This document shows, piece by piece, positions 20,701 through 26,763 of a stretch of DNA of 64,000 bases (position 1 is the stretch's first letter; each line of letters starts with the position of its first letter). This DNA comes from a virus (Duplodnaviria > Caudoviricetes). A program made the translations under genes and the position numbers. The DNA lies in IMG/VR virus record IMGVR_UViG_3300022591_000002; one strand, written 5' to 3'. The notes below the pieces were generated by a model. That model saw nothing but the letters and a program-made list of their open reading frames with translations. It was not told the origin of the DNA and made no database searches.

Positions 20701-22275
20701 TTCAGCGCAAACAGCTCACAAGTTGTAACAGTTCCTGGCGTAACTAACTTTACAAATGCTACAACAGCAAGCTCAACAATTACTGGTGCAGTTATTATTA
20801 CTGGCGATATGGGTGTACGTGATATCTATGCACGTAACATCTATGCTAACGGATCATTAGTTGGTTCTGGCGGCGGCGGCAGTGGCGGTTCTTCAACAAG
20901 TACCCCATACATTGCAGTAACAAGTGGCACTATTGCTACATCAACTGGTACTGGCGCACTACAAGTATACGGTGGTGGTTCATTATATGGTAACTTGTTT
21001 GTTGGACAAAAACTAATTGTTAACAAACTGTACGACGACAGCGGTTCTTACGTACAAGTTGGCGGACCAATTGAAAGCACAAATAACGTATCTGGTGCGG
21101 CACTATATGCGGCAGGCGGCAATAACTTATTGTACTACTCACAAGACTGGTCAGTAAGTAACAGCAACTGGACTAAGGTAAACAGTTCAGCAGGTTTAAA
21201 TGCTACAACAAGCCCAGATGGTACAACTAACGCTACGTTATTAACAGAATCAGGTGCAACAGGTAACCACTACTTTAACCAAGCGTTAACTGGTGTAACA
21301 GGTCCTGTAACATTTAGTATCTATGCTAAGGCAAATACACGTACTTACATTGCGCTGTATGTAAACGCAGGCGGTTCACAACACGGTGTTTACTTTAATC
21401 TAAGCACTGGTGCATACCAAGTTGGCCCAGCACCGTTGTACAACACAACTGGTAAGATCGAGGCAGTTGGTTACAACGGTTGGTATCGTTGTTCTATTAC
21501 AGTTTGGGCAATACCAGGTGCGGCAATTACTACATTTGGTGTATACTCTGCACAGGGTTACGACACATTAATCAGTGGAACTAATACAAGTTTCACAGGT
21601 ACAGGCGGTGCGGGTGCTTACATTTGGGGCGCACAAGGTGATCCAGGGTACCTAGCAGGTCCATACCAAGTTACAACTAACGCATTAGTAACAGCAAATA
21701 ATAACATTTATGCTGGTGGTAGTTTATATATTGCTAACACAGCAACAGTTAATAACGCACAAGTTGTTACTACTGCTACATTGATGACTAACTTAGGATT
21801 GTATGGCTCAACTCCAAACACTCTAATTATCAACAATGCAACAAACTCAACAAGTACCAACACAGGTGCTCTACAGGTTGTTAACGGTGGTATTGGTATT
21901 GGTGGCAATGCTTATGTTGGCGGAACACTATATGCTACTGCTAAGAGCTTCTTAATTGATCACCCAACTAAGAAAGGATATAAATTACAGTATGGTAGTT
22001 TAGAAGGTCCAGAAAACGGCGTATATGTACGCGGTAAGTTAAATGGTCGAGTAATTGAACTACCAGACTACTGGAACTCATTAGTTGATATGGACACTAT
22101 TACAGTTGACCTAACACCAATTGGTAAGTTCCAGAAACTATACGTTGAGAAGATTGAAGGCAACAAGATTTATGTTGATAACGACAGCATGTTTAGCGGC
22201 AATGTTCAATGCTTCTACACAGTATGGGCTGAACGTAAAGATATTGATAAACTCAACACAGAGTTCAAAGGATAA
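8731..22275 (+). CDS. Giant multidomain tail-fibre/adhesin protein (4514 aa)
   Basis: Starts with DFIVKNGLVV and has dozens of TGAL-x-V-x-GG-x-G repeats. Pectin-lyase/beta-helix-like segment (NVYYVQSNGSDSNDG, from ~11101), LamG/concanavalin-like domain (~11920-12540), YadA/Hep-Hag-like NxAIGxxA repeats (~20140-20700), carbohydrate-binding-like domain (~21121-21680) and a C-terminal KSFLIDHPTK...LEGPE...LPDYW domain. Confidence 0.8.
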   Translation: MAYNDDFIVKNGLVVRATNLANYNSTSTQTGAITTPGGAGIGGNVFVGGQLNVLTSATLAELRVSDVAKVLSSAINTATISPDGNALQVTGGIYAGSINIGGLGFIKGSQILTQADGFKGGVISDPLVINTNTNSTSTTTGALSTPGGIGIGRDLWVGGFISATNAIYSLGYQVPTLLTVQAGTGLAGGGTLSATNATITLSNAGVLSLTGGTGINVNTATGNITITNIGVQQVTAGSDIQLSSNTGSVLISDISTLQSVTTRGNNTNQIINVLNWTSSTGVYNTTSNAFNVLGGASFGSINVANTSYQGGAQIVTTSTINQFIGGTIQNPLRVANSTTSVSTQTGALIVDGGVGIGQDVYIGKTLNVAGNATIYGSLSVLGTYTVVTVNSTETFIVSPLVDIGTGRDNAPLTINDTFDRGIVVHYNTGSNTTFDNHAFFGRVSASGEFTYLTDVQPGGLTEILTNPLAGGNLGTAKFGQLKLAGGTPATGYGTGDLIVTGGGSFNGSLYSTAIYDYGRRVLNNASIVGSVGVGVGVTTTASGVTISLTNTGVTSIIPGTGILANGTVNSQTGVVTIANSGVLSILQAAGQDSDIGLTWSTGNAGNVLITNQATLATVTRRGNTSSYQIILSNAGQSVTNSSTNALYLSGKGGIYAGSIMLETTSTINGSEILTTATINQSLGGIIPNPIHITSAVGSVSTQTGALIVDGGVGFEKNLNVQGPVVINQSLSVLAGVSSFAGDTSVGGNLYTTGTQFVGTITSPNANLYLNTVPGTGNVYANSVNLNYSLANVYYVQSNGSDSNDGLRASTAFLTVAKALSVVTSGGTVLIGPGTFTENFPLTIPQGVTVKGAGLRATVIQPTSGSNTQDGFLLNGETTLSDLVVSGYYNPGYGVKFATNAKITTKSPYVERVSFITKGTTTSSTDPYGYAAGNAGNGAKLDGSVLNSSSLEPTMLFNEVTFIVPNATGMYMTNGVRAELLNGFFYFASKAVNAVAGSTGYGGTGRTRLKLSQVAGTFTAGDTMYYSDPQGNILGSGVIAANDGTYVYLNGPAWGFRTSSNGTAKVVTPFGAVQTSTSNYKFSTASALFNSATSDYLQILSDSTMQFGTGAYTVECWVYVTSIGATQTIFQKGNPNTPATSFGLRISASGVLVGTDGSAVLTGSTTLTTGAWHHVALVRDTNSNKATVFLDGNIEASQTGVTYSVSNTDPFDIGGDSTNGQWYFTGNIDEFRVSSVVRYTSSFTLASNPFGYDSVTVFLMHMNGANGGTQFDTDATETQNVYSIGNSPASAKNIALADYHQFGAELRCIGSAAVFGNQGVIANGTGTDLKLISFNMSFVGAGGDITDDASLTVQANEVLQQNGGKVFYQTVDQSGDFRVGNSFYVNQNTGAVSFGNANLNLTSLASLLISNGTNSTSILPGSVQAGEMLISGNTLGSAAGNININPAGTMTIVQSNLQVNGNFSVQNLVVPGSADSTSTTTGAIQVVGGIGVGQSIFVGSTLSSTTTVAGNAITVNTGGIGAQTLYIASYGYIGNAKIVTTATIGSALGGIVPNALHITNLGQSTSTTTGALVVDGGVGIGGNLTIGGNLNLLGGGSVLTNITATTDNYIGASVTKSGTTSTINIVNLGVQSLFGGSDISLSSNTGTITVNNVSTLDTVLGRGSSSAQAVSLTNASVSTTTIAGNALAVTGGIGASNLYISNAGFIGGSQIVTSSTIGTLVGGQAITNPLQITSTSSTALNIPNGGAYVGGNVVIGGSLNVAGTVTSINSTSVDIGNKVVFLSTLSASSILAQGAGIVIGKDDGIEADRWASLLFDGQGGGYGGNWISKGGFVPSADNYFDLGSNATQWQNLYVKTVNFNAAVSTSTVFNTATIAGNSIATTGGISAAHLYLSQDGWIGTARIITTANLGSYTTVFDGGTIHSPLIELDPTQSASTATGALQVVGGAGIGKNLYVGGNSIHLGNVYTTGTTFASAIYDNNNRVITAINVNAGTGISLSTAQLTGPSATLTITNVGVTAITVGAGLSVNQSTGTVNIVNTGVTSITAGTDIVVSASAGDITISDTSTLDSVTQRGATTTATVVFNNAAFTTTSIAGNAVQVTGGLGVNNLYVQTSGYINGAQIVTTSTLNSFSGGDINNALRITNATEASSTQTGAFQVVGGAGFGKSVWVGKDLHVLGDLYIDGVNTIVNSTSIQTGDKTISLSTASLVSGNATGAGIKIGPSTSSYATFLFDGNSSWSSGASVVPATSLNYNLGSPSLVWSNVYSANAIISANTQATTTQTGSLQLAGGAGIGKQVVVGETVNILGNYSNTTTQAGNSLGVAGGGYFGGTLNVQQGAWVGGSQVVTTYNPFDTIFISQTQSTNTQSGAFQVVGGVGIGANLNVGGLVSIANNTESTTTPSSNALVVTGGIYADMININTIGVINGGIIITTATIGNFAFNGGVINKPINITTTTVASSSITGALTVTGGVGIGGATFAYGTFTSQTTASFRYIQMSTATITGVFSSTSALSNTSTIVGNAIQVAGGIGTNYLNIKTAGWLNGSPILTANTLNSYSGGTINNALIINTATQSLNTTTGALQVVDGGVGVGGNMWIGGSYNFIDPTFTAQGYFGPSVDLSTVQMGAFANLPAVILSNNAEVARFKTGLTGFGNNNPVFGLDLVSPSAQAGSANTISNMLSLVSTNWQANFSADVPTFEITQTSRDSGNTFENWISVGEQAAGVAQALVFAGGNYYNNGGTPTVTEWARFTPAGNFVAQNQIQAQTEVINSSNNSTSTIAGNALQVTGGIGAAKLYLSQEGWIAGGKIITTANASSIAFNGGTITTPLYINTTTQSSSNITGALRVQGGAGILLNLNVGGVASMNGGLVSVNNTFTNINTITLGSLNVGGNVTFTTSTAAAGVTAGNAGVVVTGGVGINKNLIVNDTATVLSSIASTTTIAGNALQVTGGIGGKSIYLTDVGYINGAQIVTSSTINAFSGGSISNALNLSNLTNAVNTSTGALTVAGGVGIGQDLWVGGGLHLLGDLFVDGTQTIIDSTRIQTGDKVIYLSTGSANATLASGSGLAIGAPGTVFASLQFDGISTWQSGANLSPTTSGGFNLGSASLPWNTEYVQFSRINGGTQSTTATNGTLVVTGGVGVSGNLNIGTSATIASQLFNLAQANVTQNALYVAGGIGAQYLNIANTGYVAGSPIITAANIAGYQFSGGTITGILTSTNTTSSLSTQTGAVQIRGGIATGDNLWVGNAAMILGTTSSAVSTTSNALQVVGGIGAYSIYLANNGYINGSQIVTAATINNFSGGTINSSLTVNSSTQAVSTTTGAFQVTNGGIGIGGNIWAGGYINVGGTANQAVTLGTTATGSLQVLGGASITGGMNIGGSTYFAQKVGIGTITPGVSPGAATLEVNGDAVFGAGNSSRVQITNGGGSNAIYEVQGSETGYRWQIGSNLVTIGVAGMGFMNQNQTLSGGGVAIGAVSGASGNLGLYTSNGSALTLRVQVDTSGKMIIGGSGPTTPLAKLDVRGDLRLQSGNTEHVILSNGASQYVAVDFTRTNTGNSADFRVAINGSAGNFSPNAQAGDATLSFSSNIYFANQNTYEVAKITPTGLVITTATVASSASSGALQVQGGAGVTGNFYVGSASSFTGAVYVASAVATTSSKSPNALVVAGGIGAASLWLDNPGWINGYQIVTTANIGSFTGAFNGGTVTNPIYINNTTNATSTSTGALYTVGGIASSKDLWVGGNATVVGSTTLQSTLGVSGVATVYSTASSTVGTASNALVVIGGLGVASTIYSTGDHYIGGMRVGLGGGAVASNVAIGAGAMTSAASGTYNIGIGSNALTSLSSGNYNIGIGLQALQNAGATVNNVAIGTQAMNGGSPGSSGVAVGYQAGQYAQGNYIVAIGQGALAGAGVTNAGSSNIGIGYQAGNVITSGGRNIILGYQAGLTLAGGSQNVLVGYQAGQSITSGGNNVVIGGNNGSGISSSNNNVIISDGSGNIVFSANSSQVVTVPGVTNFTNATTASSTITGAVIITGDMGVRDIYARNIYANGSLVGSGGGGSGGSSTSTPYIAVTSGTIATSTGTGALQVYGGGSLYGNLFVGQKLIVNKLYDDSGSYVQVGGPIESTNNVSGAALYAAGGNNLLYYSQDWSVSNSNWTKVNSSAGLNATTSPDGTTNATLLTESGATGNHYFNQALTGVTGPVTFSIYAKANTRTYIALYVNAGGSQHGVYFNLSTGAYQVGPAPLYNTTGKIEAVGYNGWYRCSITVWAIPGAAITTFGVYSAQGYDTLISGTNTSFTGTGGAGAYIWGAQGDPGYLAGPYQVTTNALVTANNNIYAGGSLYIANTATVNNAQVVTTATLMTNLGLYGSTPNTLIINNATNSTSTNTGALQVVNGGIGIGGNAYVGGTLYATAKSFLIDHPTKKGYKLQYGSLEGPENGVYVRGKLNGRVIELPDYWNSLVDMDTITVDLTPIGKFQKLYVEKIEGNKIYVDNDSMFSGNVQCFYTVWAERKDIDKLNTEFKG
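15070..15100 (+). repeat. Perfect 31-nt direct repeat, copy 1 (copy 2 at 17605-17635)
   Basis: GGTTATATCAACGGCGCACAAATTGTTACAA is identical at both sites within the 4514-aa gene. Confidence 0.85.
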
Positions 22276-22278
22276 AAA

Positions 22279-22932
22279 ATGGCATCAACATTCGGACCAC
22301 AGATTCCCTTAACTAACCTAGCGTACTACCTAGATCCGTATAACTCTAAAAGTTATAGTGGATCGGGCAGTACTGCTTACAACTTAGTGGATAATCTACC
22401 TTCAACACTATCTTCTATTACCTATTCAGGTGGTAGCTTTAGTAATGCTACAGCAGGTGCTATTGTTAGTGGTGCAAGTTACAACTTAAACCTTGCTACA
22501 GGATTTACTGTAATGCAATTTTTAAACTTAAACAGTAGAACCGGCGGCTTCTTTAACTATGTTTCTGGTTCTAACAGCGTTAACTTGTACGCAGGTAACT
22601 TAACACAGATGCGTTGGGAAACATACAGTACCAACGGTGACTTATATTCAAATACAACAATTCCATTGAATCAGTGGCATTGCTGGACTGGAACATTTGC
22701 CGGAACATCATCTGGCGGTAGTACTGCATTAAGCAGTCTTTATTACAACGGAGTATTAGACAACTCAGGAACTGTAAGCGGTCCATCGAGTAACAATGCT
22801 ACATTCCAAGTTGGTGTACAATCTGGCCCATGTAACGGCCTAATTGGTCCTACACTTTTCTGGAATACTGCGCTATCTGCTTCCCAAGTACGTGCGGCTT
22901 ATGTAGCACTAAAGGGCAGATACGGACTATAA
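22279..22932 (+). CDS. LamG/concanavalin A-like lectin-domain virion protein
   Basis: Motifs LAYYLDPYNSKSYSGSG, NQWHCWTGT, LYYNGVL and FWNTALSASQV are typical of LamG-like jelly-roll proteins in phage fibre clusters. Confidence 0.7.
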   Translation: MASTFGPQIPLTNLAYYLDPYNSKSYSGSGSTAYNLVDNLPSTLSSITYSGGSFSNATAGAIVSGASYNLNLATGFTVMQFLNLNSRTGGFFNYVSGSNSVNLYAGNLTQMRWETYSTNGDLYSNTTIPLNQWHCWTGTFAGTSSGGSTALSSLYYNGVLDNSGTVSGPSSNNATFQVGVQSGPCNGLIGPTLFWNTALSASQVRAAYVALKGRYGL

Positions 22933-22939
22933 TTTAAGG

Positions 22940-22945
22940 TAAATA
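22940..22945 (+). promoter_or_regulatory. Putative late promoter (TAAATA)
   Basis: GGTAAATATT lies 10 nt before the ATG at 22956. Confidence 0.55.
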
Positions 22946-22955
22946 TTGGAATACT

Positions 22956-25616
22956 ATGGCATACAGTAATCGTAACATTTTAATAACCCCAAATATAGGA
23001 TCTGCATCAGCTGAGCCTATAATTGCGTACCAGGGCGGTAGCGCAAGCACATCTGCGACTCTGTATGCACGTGTGCTAGATGCTGGTACACTAAGTTGGG
23101 AAGCAACAGCAGGCCAAGTTCATACTATTGGCGACGGTATGACTGGACAATTTTTCTCAGTCAATGACGTTAGCGGTATCCCAAGTATTACTGTAAACAG
23201 CACAGGACAAATTCAATTAGCACCATATCAAGGTTTTGTAACCATTGGTGGTAATACTCAATCAACAACTACAGGTACTGGTTCACTACAAGTTTTAGGT
23301 GGTGTTGGTATCAGTGGTAACTTAAACATTGGTGGTTCATTTAACCTAAGTGCTAACTTAGCAGTTGGCGGTGCGGCTAGTACATACGGTTTATCAGTTA
23401 ATACAACTACAAACATTGCGGCATATTTAACTACTAACTCTGCAACTGGTCTTGCACTTCAAACTGGTTCTTACAGAGGTATTGGATTCAACAGTTATAC
23501 ATTAGACGGATCTACATATACTGTAATGGGCACTGGCTTTAACGGTCAAATTCAATTACAAGATTCAAACGGATTTAAATTTTTAGTATCAGCGGCTTCA
23601 CAAAGTGCTAACGCAGTAGCAACACAATTTAATGCACTAAACATTAACTCAACACAAATTATTGTTCCGCAATCAACAGCGGCTACAAGTACATCAACTG
23701 GTGCTATTACAACATATGGTGGTATTTCATCAGGTGGCGCTCACTGGGCGGGTGCTGATAGTTATTTTAACGGTGTGCGTATTGGTCAAGGTAACTTACT
23801 TGCTACATCAAATACAGTAGTTGGTTTTAACTCAGGTGGTGCATTAACAACTGGCGGCACCTCAAACACATTCTTAGGTAACTTATCAGGTAACGGTGTA
23901 ACAACTGGTGCAAGTAATACATTGGTTGGTTACAACAGTGGTAACGCATTAGCGGCAGGCGGTAGCAATACTGCACTTGGAGCATCTACACTGGCATTTG
24001 CGGCAGGCGCATCAGTACAAAATAATACCGCTGTCGGTTATCGTGCAATGGGTATTAATGCTCTTGCAACTGGCGGTAACACAGGTATTGGCGCTAACGC
24101 ATTACTACAAATGACCAGCGGTCAAAATAATACTGCTATCGGTTATGGCGCAGGTTCTGGTACAGCTACAAACAACAACGGTGTGTTTATTGGATACAAC
24201 TCAGGTAACTCTGTTGCATACGATAACTGTGTTGTTATCGGTAACAACAGTGGCGGCACAATGAGTGCGGCTGGACAAATTATTATTGCCAACGGTGCTG
24301 GTACACAGCGTATTTTTATTGATGCTACTGGTAACGTTACAATTAGCGCAACAACAGCGGCAAGCACAACAGCAGGCGTAGGATCATTAATTGTATCAGG
24401 CGGCGCGGCAATTGCTTCTGGTTTAAACTTAGCTGGTGCGCTATACGCAAACAATTCTGCAGGTACTAACGGTTATTTCTTACAAACAACTGGTTCTGGT
24501 ATTCAGTGGGCGCAGGCCGCATCTTCAATATCTAACATTACAACATCTGGTACTTATTACCCAATGTTCACTAGCTCAGTTAGCGGAACAATTACAGTTG
24601 ACTATGTTGACTCTTCACACTTAGTATACAATCCAGCTACTGGCGCACTATCTGTAACAGGTAACATTAGTGGCGGTACTGGTGGTCAAATGTTTGCAGG
24701 TACAATGGGTATTGGTGTTGGAACAACTAACGCAGTTGGCTCAGGTGGTGCAGTACTACAAATTGGCTATAAAGATGGTAGTACAAACTTATTACGTATT
24801 GGTGACGGTTCTAACTCAGCTAACTCAAGCTATAGATGGCGTGTTGATCAAACCTATAACTGGATCGCCAACAGCGGCACAGCTGATAACTTCTCTGTAG
24901 CTAGCTCAACAGGTAACGTATCAACTCCAGGTACTATTCAAGGTGGTGGTAGCTCTACTAGCGTTGTTGGTGCATTGAGAGCTGGTGCAGGAGGTGGTGG
25001 TACTGGTGGTGATGTACAGATTAATACAGCATATCCAACTATTTGGTTTAATCACACAACACAGATGCCGGCGTATTTGCATAATAACAGTAACTTGTTA
25101 TATGTGCTACGTGGCGCAGTAGGAGCAGGTGCAGGTTCTTGGACACAGGTTAACGGTCAGTGGCCATTAATTAGTGACTTATCTAACAACAACCTTACAG
25201 TTGGTGGTACGTTATATGTTGTAGGTGATGCTTATACAGCTACATCAGACGAAAGATTAAAAAATATTGAAGGGCCAATTACTGATGCAATAGCAAAAAT
25301 AATGACCCTAGACGGTTTCTACTATACTGATAACGAAATTGCTACATCGTTAGGTGTGCAAGGCGGTCGTAGAAAACTAGGTTTAAGTGCTCAGAAATTG
25401 AAAGCAGTGGTTCCAGAAGTTGTAGTTCCGGCACCGTTTGATAGAAATGAGAAAACAGGCGAATCACGCTCTGGAGAAAACTATCTAACAGCACAATATG
25501 AACGTGTGGTTCCTCTACTAGTAGAAGGTATCAAAGAACATGAGCGTACAATACAAGCGCAAGCCGCGCAAATAGACGAATTAAAAGCGTTGGTACAACA
25601 ACTGCTTAATAAATAA
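22956..25616 (+). CDS. Tail fibre with YadA-like repeats and C-terminal peptidase S74 intramolecular chaperone
   Basis: NTxxGxxA repeats in the middle. The C-terminus has TSDERLKNIEGPI...KI..L.G.YY..N followed by a coiled coil, the pattern of S74 autocleaving chaperones. Confidence 0.85.
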   Translation: MAYSNRNILITPNIGSASAEPIIAYQGGSASTSATLYARVLDAGTLSWEATAGQVHTIGDGMTGQFFSVNDVSGIPSITVNSTGQIQLAPYQGFVTIGGNTQSTTTGTGSLQVLGGVGISGNLNIGGSFNLSANLAVGGAASTYGLSVNTTTNIAAYLTTNSATGLALQTGSYRGIGFNSYTLDGSTYTVMGTGFNGQIQLQDSNGFKFLVSAASQSANAVATQFNALNINSTQIIVPQSTAATSTSTGAITTYGGISSGGAHWAGADSYFNGVRIGQGNLLATSNTVVGFNSGGALTTGGTSNTFLGNLSGNGVTTGASNTLVGYNSGNALAAGGSNTALGASTLAFAAGASVQNNTAVGYRAMGINALATGGNTGIGANALLQMTSGQNNTAIGYGAGSGTATNNNGVFIGYNSGNSVAYDNCVVIGNNSGGTMSAAGQIIIANGAGTQRIFIDATGNVTISATTAASTTAGVGSLIVSGGAAIASGLNLAGALYANNSAGTNGYFLQTTGSGIQWAQAASSISNITTSGTYYPMFTSSVSGTITVDYVDSSHLVYNPATGALSVTGNISGGTGGQMFAGTMGIGVGTTNAVGSGGAVLQIGYKDGSTNLLRIGDGSNSANSSYRWRVDQTYNWIANSGTADNFSVASSTGNVSTPGTIQGGGSSTSVVGALRAGAGGGGTGGDVQINTAYPTIWFNHTTQMPAYLHNNSNLLYVLRGAVGAGAGSWTQVNGQWPLISDLSNNNLTVGGTLYVVGDAYTATSDERLKNIEGPITDAIAKIMTLDGFYYTDNEIATSLGVQGGRRKLGLSAQKLKAVVPEVVVPAPFDRNEKTGESRSGENYLTAQYERVVPLLVEGIKEHERTIQAQAAQIDELKALVQQLLNK

Positions 25617-25639
25617 GAATACACAAGGAATTTACCAAA

Positions 25640-26752
25640 ATGGCAATTTACAGCAACGGATTATTAGTTATTGATAACACAGGAAACGTTATTCCTGCAA
25701 AGTACACCACACGTGGTAGTTTAGCGGCTACGTCAACTCCGGGTTACATCGGTTACGTAAGTGATGTTAACGACTTTGTATTTTCGACTAACAGATATCC
25801 ATCAACCGGCCCATCCGGTAACACATACCCTCCAATTACACAAGGTGGTACTCAAGCCTACTACGCATGGTACAAGTTTGTTGCTAAACCAAGCGATTAC
25901 AAAAACGAAATTGTTATTCAACAAGGTTCAGTATCTGGCGGTTATGTAGGTGGTAGCATATGGTCGAACATTCTTCACGTTCACCATAGCTGTGACGTTG
26001 CATTAGAGCAACCACAAACACTAAACTTTGCAACATATTATGGCGGTTGGCACTCTTCAGAATGGTATGCTTACCATCACCAAGGTAACTCAAGCGTTCA
26101 AGCTAACAAACAAGACTGGGCGTCTTGGACAGTTACAACAATTAGTAACCGCCCAACAGGTTCTTACTCACCTAACTCATGGCACAACGGTACTAAAGTT
26201 GGTTCAAACAACAACTACGCTATGATTCAAATTGGTGGTACAGGTAACTACATTAACTACAACACAGACTCATGGGGCACTGGTTACGCAACTCCAGGTT
26301 CACACTCTTATGGTTCTGGTGTTCCTGCAGAAGGTAACTATGGTTACAACTTTACTCCAGGTCAAGGTGGTGCATACAAGTGGAACTTTACTACTATGAC
26401 ATCATCCGGTGGTTTAGCAGGTGAAGCACCGTTTGGTGGCGGTACTGCTGGTAAGGCTATGATGACCAAGTATTACAAGTGGTATCATAATCCAAACGCA
26501 TCATCTGCATTCTCTCGTTATAACGTATCAAGCGACAGCTGGTCTGGTTCTCCAAGCTCACAGTATAACAACGGTGAACAATGTTCAGTTATGGGACAAG
26601 ACTACGGTTATATGATTGCTGGTTATAATGGCGCACAGAACAACGTTAGCCAAAAAACTTATTACCCATCGGATAGTCACCAAGTGTTGGGTTCAGTTTA
26701 CAGTCAACGTAACCAATCTTCAGGAAATGCTTGTTACGGACCTCTACCTTAA
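25640..26752 (+). CDS. Aromatic/Gly/Asn-rich putative beta-propeller (Kelch-like) receptor-binding or virion protein
   Basis: TAAATA at 25610-25615 and an AAGGA SD. Repeated GYVGG / GYMIAGYNG / xxWSxxP motifs and very high Y/W/N/S/G content. Confidence 0.5.
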   Translation: MAIYSNGLLVIDNTGNVIPAKYTTRGSLAATSTPGYIGYVSDVNDFVFSTNRYPSTGPSGNTYPPITQGGTQAYYAWYKFVAKPSDYKNEIVIQQGSVSGGYVGGSIWSNILHVHHSCDVALEQPQTLNFATYYGGWHSSEWYAYHHQGNSSVQANKQDWASWTVTTISNRPTGSYSPNSWHNGTKVGSNNNYAMIQIGGTGNYINYNTDSWGTGYATPGSHSYGSGVPAEGNYGYNFTPGQGGAYKWNFTTMTSSGGLAGEAPFGGGTAGKAMMTKYYKWYHNPNASSAFSRYNVSSDSWSGSPSSQYNNGEQCSVMGQDYGYMIAGYNGAQNNVSQKTYYPSDSHQVLGSVYSQRNQSSGNACYGPLP

Positions 26753-26763
26753 TAAGTAGACAC

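Noticed and set aside
2863-21908. Many minus-strand ORFs (60-157 aa, often starting MP...) inside the fibre genes
   Set aside because: They are shadow ORFs. The GGT/ACA/ACT/GTT-rich repeats lack stops on the reverse strand and give Pro/Val/Thr strings. They have no SD or promoter and are fully nested in long real genes.
26731-26763. N-terminal extension of the halogenase given by the ORF track (MLRTSTLISRH)
   Set aside because: It overlaps the previous gene. The Rossmann motif implies a start at 26764. Similar over-extended starts were trimmed at 30482, 34044, 53577, 55323, 56270 and 63073.
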